A stretch of 36,966 nucleotides of DNA. It comes from Candidatus Kaiserbacteria bacterium RIFOXYB1_FULL_46_14 (GTDB lineage: Bacteria > Patescibacteriota > Minisyncoccia > Phycocordibacterales > UBA918). The DNA lies in contig MFMS01000002.1 in NCBI GenBank assembly GCA_001783525.1, forward strand, positions 74,508 to 111,473, written 5' to 3'. A program made the translations under genes and the position numbers. Positions 15,448 through 22,942 of this stretch are shown piece by piece (within the stretch, counting starts at the first letter, position 1; every line of letters starts with the position of its first letter). The notes beneath the pieces were generated by a model, which was not told the origin of the DNA, did not search any database, and worked only from the letters and a program-made list of their open reading frames with translations.

Positions 15448-17550
15448 ATGGGTTTGACTTTAGAATCAGCGCTCGCCCTATTCGTACTTCTTATTGTTTC
15501 TACGGCCACCTTTTTTCTAGCTAAGCGCACCAAACTCCCATACACCGTTTTGTTGGTAGCGGTTGGTCTGCTCTTAGTTCCGCTCGCTGCCCTCAAACCT
15601 TTCCACTTCTTGGAAACCTTCACACTGACTCCTGCCCTGCTCTTCTACCTCCTTTTGCCGACTTTGATCTTTGAGTCCGCTTACAACATGTCCATTCGTA
15701 AGGTTTACGAAAACAAATGGTCGATCACCATCTTGTCGGTAGTTAGTCTCCTTGTTTCGGCATTTGTCATCAGCGGCGCGCTCTATGCAATCTTCAATTA
15801 CCTACTTGGTATTGAGGTACCTTTCTTGCTCTGGCTCTTGTTCGGCGCTTTGATTTCGGCCACTGACCCAGTTGCAGTGTTGGCACTCTTCAAGGAGTAC
15901 GGTGCGCCACGTCGTCTCACGCTTCTTTTTGAAGGTGAAAGTCTCTTCAATGACGGTACCGCGGTGGCGTTTTTCTTTGTCTTATTAAGTGTGATCGCAC
16001 TACCGGTGATAGACCCGGCTGTTATAGCCAGTGGCGTTTTGACCTTCATATTTATGGTGGTTGGTGGTGTCATCTTTGGTATTGCCATGGGCGGAATCTT
16101 CTCCAAAATGATTGAGAAAGCTTCGACTCATGAGTTTGTGGCGATTAGTTTGATGATCGTTAGTGCTCACTTAACTTTTATTTTTACCGATCTCATCTCC
16201 GAATACCTAGGCCACCATACTGATGGTCTGCTTAAACTTTCTCCGATCATCTCTACCACCTTGGCGGCAATGGTTATCGGTAACTACGGACGGTTTAAGG
16301 TTTCCCCTAAGGCGGATGAATTCATTGAAAAATTCTGGGGGCAGTTTGCCTTCCTGGCCAACTCCCTAGTATTCATCTTGATCGGACTCTTGTTCACTAG
16401 TATCTCCATTCCGCTGGGAGCGATGTTGGCGCCAATAGTCATCGTGGTGTTGGTGGTGGCTTTAAGTCGTGCCATCTCTATTTATCCGATTGTGATGCTT
16501 CTCAACTGGACTAAAATTGAAGAGCATATCCCTTCTTCGTGGCAACATCTGCTAGCTTGGGGCAGTTTGCGCGGAGCTCTTGCGATCACTATGGTTCTCT
16601 TGATCCCAGACACTCTTACATTTGCTAATTGGGGATATTCATTTACACCAAAGGAATTTATTCTCGGACTCACTATTGGTTGTATTTACGCCACTCTCTT
16701 CGTTAAGGCCACAACGATCGGTGTGATGATGCGTAAACTTAAGCTCGACGCTCTCACCGAAATCGAGGTTGTGGAAGAGGCACTTTCTGAGGCTATTATT
16801 CACTCAGAGATCTTGCGTCGTCTTCATACCTTTAAGGAAAAGGGTTACATCAGTGAAGGAGCGTTTTCAAAGCTTGTAGAAAATCATCGTCGTGACTTGG
16901 AGCGAGCGCAGGATAATTGCCGTGCCTTACTAAAAAACAACGGCAACACTGAGCAGTTGGCTGACAAAGTTTTGCGTATGCACGCGCTTGGCATTGAAAA
17001 ATACTTCCTAAAGAATCTGTACACTTACGGTGAGATTTCCGAAAAAATCTTCAAGCGCATTCTCGCCAAACTCACTTTACAGATGGAGCAGGTAGAAAAA
17101 GGTAATTTTGAAATCGTACACTCCAACACAACTGATTATAAGGATGTGTTTGAGCGTCTTGCCAATTCCCTTCGCCGTGTTTTCTCCCCTAAGTCGCTTG
17201 CCTTCACCGACATCGACAAATTCCGCTATTACCGCGCTCAAACAGTTATTGCCCGTAAAGTTCTCAAGGAGTTACACCACCTTCAATCAAATGTCACAGC
17301 CGACCTAATTAGTGGTGAGGCGGTCAGTCGTCTAGTTGATACCTACACCATTTTCAAAGAAGGTTCAGAATCAAAAATGAGTGAGATGGCTGTCGCTATT
17401 CCAGAAGAGGTGGAGGCGCTCAATAGTTCGCTAGTTAGTCGCGGCCTACTGAAGACAGAAGAGCATATCATCAAGGAACTGTACGAAAAAGAAATGATCA
17501 CGCCAAAATTGATGGCCCATTTGACCGACAAGGTGGAAACTTCGGCCTAA
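15448..17550 (+). CDS. CPA1-family (NhaP-type) Na+/H+ exchanger with a roughly 280 aa helical cytoplasmic tail
   Basis: Polytopic N-terminal 420 aa with ISATDPVAVLALFKEYGAPRRLTLLFEGESLFNDGTAVAFF, the Na_H_exchanger signature. Confidence 0.85.
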   Translation: MGLTLESALALFVLLIVSTATFFLAKRTKLPYTVLLVAVGLLLVPLAALKPFHFLETFTLTPALLFYLLLPTLIFESAYNMSIRKVYENKWSITILSVVSLLVSAFVISGALYAIFNYLLGIEVPFLLWLLFGALISATDPVAVLALFKEYGAPRRLTLLFEGESLFNDGTAVAFFFVLLSVIALPVIDPAVIASGVLTFIFMVVGGVIFGIAMGGIFSKMIEKASTHEFVAISLMIVSAHLTFIFTDLISEYLGHHTDGLLKLSPIISTTLAAMVIGNYGRFKVSPKADEFIEKFWGQFAFLANSLVFILIGLLFTSISIPLGAMLAPIVIVVLVVALSRAISIYPIVMLLNWTKIEEHIPSSWQHLLAWGSLRGALAITMVLLIPDTLTFANWGYSFTPKEFILGLTIGCIYATLFVKATTIGVMMRKLKLDALTEIEVVEEALSEAIIHSEILRRLHTFKEKGYISEGAFSKLVENHRRDLERAQDNCRALLKNNGNTEQLADKVLRMHALGIEKYFLKNLYTYGEISEKIFKRILAKLTLQMEQVEKGNFEIVHSNTTDYKDVFERLANSLRRVFSPKSLAFTDIDKFRYYRAQTVIARKVLKELHHLQSNVTADLISGEAVSRLVDTYTIFKEGSESKMSEMAVAIPEEVEALNSSLVSRGLLKTEEHIIKELYEKEMITPKLMAHLTDKVETSA

Positions 17551-17579
17551 AACCCTAAGAAGAGACGGTGTCTTATCGT

Positions 17580-17615
17580 AACGAAAAGAGCCCTTGTTTA
17601 AGGGCTCTTTTCGTT
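17580..17615. terminator. Terminator after the antiporter gene (symmetrical)
   Basis: aacgaaaagagccctt / gttt / aagggctcttttcgtt, a 16 bp stem. Confidence 0.8.
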
Positions 17616-17661
17616 ATATAGTGCGCGCTGTTTGTACCTTTACAAGAGAGAGGAGTAAAAG

Positions 17662-17988
17662 ATGTCAGACCATCATGCGCGACACTTCGACGAAGATGGT
17701 TGCCCGGCTTCGGAGTCGGTCTGTCATAGTTATGGCAGACTGCCAGAAACAGAGGTGAAAAGGCTGGACACCGCGTCTCGGTGTTATCAACTGTTGGCAG
17801 AAAAACTGCCATACGACCCTAGCCAAGAGCTTACGGTCGGCTTCGGTAATCATGTGCTGAAGGCTCACTTCAGTCCTGAACGGTGGCCGAGGATTTTTGT
17901 GTCGTACGACGGCGCAATAACGACAATGGGCAAATTGCCCATGGTTGAACTCGAATTGATCATTCAAGCAATAAAGATGCTTGGGTAA
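17662..17988 (+). CDS. Hypothetical 108 aa protein
   Basis: GAGAGGAG lies 6-7 nt upstream of the ATG. It is co-directional with the next gene and ends 29 nt before it. A near-coextensive antisense ORF exists but has no SD. Confidence 0.55.
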   Translation: MSDHHARHFDEDGCPASESVCHSYGRLPETEVKRLDTASRCYQLLAEKLPYDPSQELTVGFGNHVLKAHFSPERWPRIFVSYDGAITTMGKLPMVELELIIQAIKMLG

Positions 17989-18017
17989 TATCAAAATTCA
18001 ACAACAAGGAGGGCTCG

Positions 18018-19214
18018 ATGCCCATACCGTTTGAATTCATTATCTTCGCAGTGACTCTGGTTGGGGTTTTTGTTTTTCATCATAAGACAGCTCGTATCCG
18101 TATCGCAATTGGTGGGCTACTCTTTGTGATGTCGTACAAACTACTTATCGCGCAGGATGTCGATCTGATCGACCACTTCGCTCACGAATGGCGACTGGTC
18201 GCCAACCTTCTCGGGCTGCTAATCGGTTTTGAAATATTGGCCGATCACTTCAAGCAGTCAAAGCTGGCGGAACGCCTTCCTGCACTATTGCCCGACGACT
18301 GGAAAGGCGGCTTTGTGCTTCTTATTCTAGTCTACGTGATGTCGATATTTCTTGATAATATCGCTGCAGCGATGATCGGTGCCTCGATTGGTGTGGTAGT
18401 CTATCGTGGTCAGGTAACCGTCGGCTATCTAGCAGCCATCGTGGCTGCTAGCAATGCTGGTGGCGCTGGTAGCGTGATCGGTGATACCACAACAACAATG
18501 ATGTGGATCGACGGTGTTGATTGGCGCGACGTCACTCATGCCTTCCTCCCTTCATTTGTTGCTCTGGTATGCTTCGGAATTCCGATATCAATAGCACAAG
18601 ATAAACGTCATCGCATCACCAAGGATGCGATAGTGGTCAACCCTGTTGACTTCACTAGTCTCGGAGTGGTTGCCCTCATTTTGGTCGGTGCGGTTGCAGC
18701 CAACGTTTGGCTCGACTTCCCCGCTGTCGGCGTCTGGGCAGCCATTATCGCCACGATGTGGCTTCGGACTCCGGACTGGCACCGTGTACCAGATGCAGCC
18801 AAGGGCGCTACTTTTCTGCTCGCGTTGGTCTTGTCAGCCAGTCTAATGCCTGTCAAATCGTTGTGGGAAGCCTCACCCTCAATGGCATTCGGTCTTGGTT
18901 GGCTATCTGCTGTCTTCGACAATATACCACTCACAAAATTGGCTTTGGATCAGGGTGGATATGATTGGGGTTGGTTGGCTTACTCTGTCGGCTGTGGTGG
19001 CTCAATGACACCCTTCGGCTCATCGGCTGGTGTCGCAGTGTCAAATGATCATCCACGCATCAATAATCCAAAAGTATTCTTCAAAGAGTCGTGGCCGATC
19101 CATATCGCCTTTGTGATCGGCTTCGGATCACTCTTCCTGATTGGTTGGGCGCCGCACGTACCTCATAAAGAGTACACTGCCATTTCAATGCCGCTGATGT
19201 TGTATATGCAGTAA
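18018..19214 (+). CDS. nhaD: NhaD-type Na+/H+ antiporter (ion transporter superfamily)
   Basis: SIFLDNIAAAM, AASNAGGAGSVIGDTTTTMMW, SAVFDNIPLT and GCGGSMTPFGSSAGV match the duplicated NhaD/ArsB-type motifs. The SD is AAGGAGGG. Confidence 0.8.
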   Translation: MPIPFEFIIFAVTLVGVFVFHHKTARIRIAIGGLLFVMSYKLLIAQDVDLIDHFAHEWRLVANLLGLLIGFEILADHFKQSKLAERLPALLPDDWKGGFVLLILVYVMSIFLDNIAAAMIGASIGVVVYRGQVTVGYLAAIVAASNAGGAGSVIGDTTTTMMWIDGVDWRDVTHAFLPSFVALVCFGIPISIAQDKRHRITKDAIVVNPVDFTSLGVVALILVGAVAANVWLDFPAVGVWAAIIATMWLRTPDWHRVPDAAKGATFLLALVLSASLMPVKSLWEASPSMAFGLGWLSAVFDNIPLTKLALDQGGYDWGWLAYSVGCGGSMTPFGSSAGVAVSNDHPRINNPKVFFKESWPIHIAFVIGFGSLFLIGWAPHVPHKEYTAISMPLMLYMQ

Positions 19215-19226
19215 CAACACAAGAAC

Positions 19227-19258
19227 AAGGCCGGACGCATTCACATGCGCCCGGCCTT
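19227..19258. terminator. Convergent terminator shared by nhaD and rpoD
   Basis: aaggccgg-a-cgcat / tcac / atgcg-c-ccggcctt, 13 bp with one mismatch. Flanks are T-rich on both strands. Confidence 0.7.
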
Positions 19259-19274
19259 TATACTTTTCAATATT

Positions 19275-20564
19275 TTAATAACTCTTCAGTCGGCGGGCCT
19301 TTTCGTGTTGGCGAATCTTCTCAAGCGCCTTGGCTTCGATCTGACGGATACGTTCACGGGTAACACCAAATTCTGCACCCACTTCTTCAAGTGTGTGGTA
19401 AGTACCATCGATAAGACCGTGACGCATTTCCAAAATTTTCCTTTCTTTATCGGACAAGGTGTCCAAGATTTCCAAAATCTGATCGGTCAAAATGCTGTGC
19501 GCCACTTCTTGATCTGGAGAAGTAATCTTATCGTCAGCGATGAAGTCAGACAAACGTGATCGGTCATCGTCGTCACCGACTGGCAGCTCGAGTGAGATGG
19601 TGTCTTGGCTGATTTTTTCAATCTGGTAGATCTTCTCCACCTCCACACCCATTTCAGTAGCAATTTCCTCGGGCATTGGATCGCGACCGAAGTCTTGAGA
19701 CAAGCGGCGTGATACTTGCTTGTACTTGGCCATGGTCTCTACCATATGCACCGGAATACGAATGGTGCGAGATTGGTCAGCGAGGGCACGCGTAATCGCT
19801 TGGCGGATCCACCAAGTGGCGTAAGTAGAAAACTTAAAGCCCTTCGTGAAATCAAATTTATCAACTGCCTTAAAAAGACCAAGGTTACCCTCTTGGATTA
19901 AGTCGAGAAGAGTAAGGTCTGGAGAGCGACCGACGTATTTTTTGGCAATCGAAACTACCAAACGAAGGTTTGCACGCGCCAAAAGATTGCGCGCTTCACT
20001 ATCGCCATCAACAATACGCTTAGCTAGAGTACGTTCTTCAAGTGCGGTCAAAAGTGGGTACTGGCCGATTTCGCGCAAGTACATCTGAATCGAGTCATGA
20101 CTTGAGTCGCCGCGGCGATAGGCATTTTTCTGTGCCAGTAGTTCTTCTCCGGGGTCGTTGCCCAAAAGGCCGCCGCTTGAAAGCACATCAATATTGGCCG
20201 TAGCAAGACGGTCATAAACTTCTTCTAGGAATGGCACGTCTCGTTCAACGGTCGGGAAAAACTTCAAGATGTCATCAAAAGTGACGTAACCGCGGTCACG
20301 TCCAAGCTTCATTAGATCTTGTGCTTTATTTTCCTGTTCGCGGGCCTGTCGGGTTTGTTTAGGTGTCTTTTTAACAACTGGTTTTTTTACCACTTGCTTC
20401 TTTACCACCTTTTTCTTTAGCTGGACTGGTTTTTTGGCAGTTTTCTTTTTAGGTGCCACGGCTCGCTTTGGAGCTTTTTTGGCCATTTTCTTGCCTGCCT
20501 TAGGCGCGGGTTTTTTCACCGCTTTTTGCTTCGTCTTCTTAGGTGCTTTCTTTTTGGACACCAT
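19275..20564 (-). CDS. rpoD: Primary RNA polymerase sigma factor with a Lys-rich N-terminal tail
   Basis: Region 1.2 [11 protein letters not shown], region 2 [27 protein letters not shown], region 4 [24 protein letters not shown]. The ATG at 20564 is preferred; the track start at 20585 is a TTG. Confidence 0.95.
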   Translation of the reverse strand: MVSKKKAPKKTKQKAVKKPAPKAGKKMAKKAPKRAVAPKKKTAKKPVQLKKKVVKKQVVKKPVVKKTPKQTRQAREQENKAQDLMKLGRDRGYVTFDDILKFFPTVERDVPFLEEVYDRLATANIDVLSSGGLLGNDPGEELLAQKNAYRRGDSSHDSIQMYLREIGQYPLLTALEERTLAKRIVDGDSEARNLLARANLRLVVSIAKKYVGRSPDLTLLDLIQEGNLGLFKAVDKFDFTKGFKFSTYATWWIRQAITRALADQSRTIRIPVHMVETMAKYKQVSRRLSQDFGRDPMPEEIATEMGVEVEKIYQIEKISQDTISLELPVGDDDDRSRLSDFIADDKITSPDQEVAHSILTDQILEILDTLSDKERKILEMRHGLIDGTYHTLEEVGAEFGVTRERIRQIEAKALEKIRQHEKARRLKSY

Positions 20565-20584
20565 ATCAATAAACAAGTTCGACA

Positions 20585-20612
20585 ACTATACATTAAAAAC
20601 AGCCACTTGCAA
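20585..20612 (-). promoter_or_regulatory. Candidate rpoD promoter in the dnaG-rpoD spacer
   Basis: On the minus strand: TTGCAA (20612..20607), a 16 nt spacer, then TATAGT (20590..20585). Confidence 0.5.
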
Positions 20613-20637
20613 GTAGTTTGACTGTATAATGGTTGTC

Positions 20638-22359
20638 TTAAGAATGCAACTGTGACCGAAGAGTGTCAATCTCTGTGATGTGTAGAGCCGCTGTTGCCTC
20701 GTCGCCATCCGCCTCGGCTTTTCTCAATGATGAACGTTCTTTGGCAATTTTTTCTTTGATTATGAGGGAGTTTAGTTCAGCCAGCTTCCCTTCCCAATCC
20801 TCTCTAATATATCGAGGTTTCTCCTCCGCCAAATATTGTTCGATTGTAAATGTCAGCTGACTCAACTCTTCTGGAGACAGCGCCCCACATCTAGCTTCGG
20901 CGGTTTCGGCACAGATCGCAATAAATCGTTCCTCCAACATATGTCGTTCTTCTAGCGGTAATACACTGGCCAATACAGCAAGATAACTTGTCAGTTTGTA
21001 AACGCGGTTTTCTCCAGAAATTTTTTGTGGCGAGCTTTCTTTGTTTGTCGCAGTTGGTGCGCTCACGGGTTCCTTTTTTTGTCGAGCTATTTCTTCAAGA
21101 CGGGCTAGCTCTAGTCTGATAGCGTCGATTGTGGTGCCTACGGCTTCCGCGACGATGCTGGCAAAGTGATCGCGTTCGATAGCGCTATCGATGGATACTA
21201 TATAAGGCAAAATCTCGTCACGGGTTTTTATTTTGTAAGTGCGAGGGTCCTTGGCTTCTGCTTTAAGAATGTTAAGTAGAAACTCGATCACGTGAGACGC
21301 TTTACCAATTGATTGACGGAGTAGTTTGGGGTCTTCTCGCACCAGATCCGCAGGATCTTTACCACCTTCGATGCGGGCAACTTTGAGGTCGATGCCTCGA
21401 CTAAGAGCAAGTTCGGCGGCGCGCTTAACAGCGGCAATCCCGGCCTTATCTGAATCAAGAGCCAACACAACGCGGTTGGATAGTCTCTGGAGCAGAGAAA
21501 GATGTTGATTGGTAAGTGCGGTGCCGGAGACGGCGACAGCATTGTGATAACCAGCTTGGTGTGAAAGCACAACGTCAAACTGCCCTTCGACAATCAAAGA
21601 GAAATCAAATTTATGGATTCCGTGTTTGGCTTTGTCATAGCCAAAGAGAGCTTCTGATTTGTTGAAGAGTGGAGTCTCGGGACTATTTACGTATTTTGGA
21701 CTATCGGTATCCTTCTTTAAAATGCGTCCAGAAAAAGCAATCACTCGCCCTGAAGGATCCATGATGGGGAACATTATCCGATCACGAAATACATCGTAAG
21801 GTTGTTTCCCTGCTTCTGCACGTTTGGCTAACCCCGCTTCAATGAGCACATCATCTGGAAAACCTTTTTGGTTTAAATACTCCTTTAATGAACGCCATTC
21901 ATCTGGCGCGTAGCCAATACGCCATTTATCAATAGTTTCTTTAGTGACGGTACGGTCAGTTATGTAATCAAGGGCGTTTTTGTTGTCGGTTAGTTTCTTT
22001 TCAAAAAATCGCGTTGCTTCTTCGATAGCGTTGTATAAAGTATCGCGACGATCGCGTTTCTTTGGGTCCTCTTGTACCAGCTCCACGCCGGCTCGATCAG
22101 CCAATATCTTAAGTGCTCCTTTAAAGTCCACGCCCTCCATTTTTTGTACGAAGGTGAACATGTCGCCACCTTGCGAAGATGAGAAGCAGTAGTACATCCC
22201 GCGTTCCGAAGAAACATGAAATGACGGAGTTTTTTCGGCAGTGAAGGGAGACTTGCCTTTGAAGTTTTTACCTGCCTTATGTAACTCCACGTATGGAGAA
22301 ATTACATCTATGATCGATAGCCGATCTTTGATTTGTTGTACGGAATCTCCGGTAGCCAT
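20638..22359 (-). CDS. dnaG: DNA primase
   Basis: An N-terminal zf-CHC2-like block, KNFKGKSPFTAEKTPSFHVSSERGMYYCFSSSQGGD. TOPRIM motifs LIVEGQFDVV and LALDSDKAGIAA. A helical C-terminal domain. Confidence 0.9.
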   Translation of the reverse strand: MATGDSVQQIKDRLSIIDVISPYVELHKAGKNFKGKSPFTAEKTPSFHVSSERGMYYCFSSSQGGDMFTFVQKMEGVDFKGALKILADRAGVELVQEDPKKRDRRDTLYNAIEEATRFFEKKLTDNKNALDYITDRTVTKETIDKWRIGYAPDEWRSLKEYLNQKGFPDDVLIEAGLAKRAEAGKQPYDVFRDRIMFPIMDPSGRVIAFSGRILKKDTDSPKYVNSPETPLFNKSEALFGYDKAKHGIHKFDFSLIVEGQFDVVLSHQAGYHNAVAVSGTALTNQHLSLLQRLSNRVVLALDSDKAGIAAVKRAAELALSRGIDLKVARIEGGKDPADLVREDPKLLRQSIGKASHVIEFLLNILKAEAKDPRTYKIKTRDEILPYIVSIDSAIERDHFASIVAEAVGTTIDAIRLELARLEEIARQKKEPVSAPTATNKESSPQKISGENRVYKLTSYLAVLASVLPLEERHMLEERFIAICAETAEARCGALSPEELSQLTFTIEQYLAEEKPRYIREDWEGKLAELNSLIIKEKIAKERSSLRKAEADGDEATAALHITEIDTLRSQLHS

Positions 22360-22379
22360 AATTTAGACTCTATTTTACC

Positions 22380-22399
22380 TGCTTTGTGTACACAAAGCA
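22380..22399. promoter_or_regulatory. Perfect 20 bp palindrome (candidate operator) next to the dnaG -10 element
   Basis: tgctttgtgt|acacaaagca. On the minus strand it is followed after 2 nt by TAAAAT, which lies 12 nt before the dnaG ATG. Confidence 0.5.
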
Positions 22400-22405
22400 C
22401 ACTTC

Positions 22406-22435
22406 TTGACAATTGTCTTTTGCATGACATATTTA
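22406..22435 (+). promoter_or_regulatory. Candidate promoter for the divergent 115-117 aa membrane protein gene
   Basis: TTGACA (22406..22411), a 17-18 nt spacer, then ATATTT/TATTTA. Confidence 0.45.
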
Positions 22436-22476
22436 ATACTGCTTTGTTTCTCAAATTCAAATGAGGAGGAATGGAT

Positions 22477-22824
22477 ATGGTGACCAATAGTGAAATCTTT
22501 CAGACCGTATTGATGGTCTGGGGTGTGAGCTATGCGTACGCATTTGCGGTTGGTATGTTCAGGTTTGCTCGAAGGGAACGGCAAGCGCCGTTCTTCGCTC
22601 GCTTGGCCGTATGTTTTGCGTCCGCTATCCTTGGTCCGATTTTCGTCGTTTTGGATCTTGTTGATTTAATACGGCGCAATTTAAGAAGATCAGTACGAAC
22701 GATTGTTGTTGTATTCATCACTATGATTTCCTTCATCGGCAACATGCTGATGGACATGGTCATAAAGGTTTTTGTAATATTATTTAGTTTAGTATTCATA
22801 TTTTTTCCGGCGAGGAAAAGATAG
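22477..22824 (+). CDS. Hypothetical small membrane protein
   Basis: GAGGAGGA at 22463..22470. The ATG at 22477 has better SD spacing than the ATG at 22471. It has three hydrophobic spans, and a terminator follows. Confidence 0.6.
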   Translation: MVTNSEIFQTVLMVWGVSYAYAFAVGMFRFARRERQAPFFARLAVCFASAILGPIFVVLDLVDLIRRNLRRSVRTIVVVFITMISFIGNMLMDMVIKVFVILFSLVFIFFPARKR

Positions 22825-22839
22825 GAAGACATATACACT

Positions 22840-22878
22840 CCGGCGAACCCCTAGCGGTTCGCCGGGGTTTTCTTTTTT
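22840..22878 (+). terminator. Rho-independent terminator
   Basis: ccggcgaacc / cctagc / ggttcgccgg followed by ggttttctttttt. Confidence 0.8.
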
Positions 22879-22894
22879 ATAATACGGACAACAG

Positions 22895-22924
22895 AAAAGG
22901 CCGGCGCGAAGCGCCGGCCTTTTC
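22895..22924 (-). terminator. Terminator of rpoC
   Basis: aaaaggccggcgc / gaa / gcgccggcctttt. It gives a U-tract on the minus strand. Confidence 0.8.
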
Positions 22925-22942
22925 ATATCCCCACCAAAAAAT

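Noticed and set aside
15408-15623. 71 aa minus-strand ORF overlapping the start of the CPA1 antiporter
   Set aside because: It overlaps the well-supported antiporter N-terminus on the opposite strand and has no signals.
17665-17994. 109 aa minus-strand ORF mirroring the 108 aa plus-strand ORF
   Set aside because: The plus-strand ORF has a well-spaced GAGAGGAG SD and is co-oriented with nhaD between two terminators. The minus-strand ORF has no initiation signals. The strand choice still rests only on these signals.
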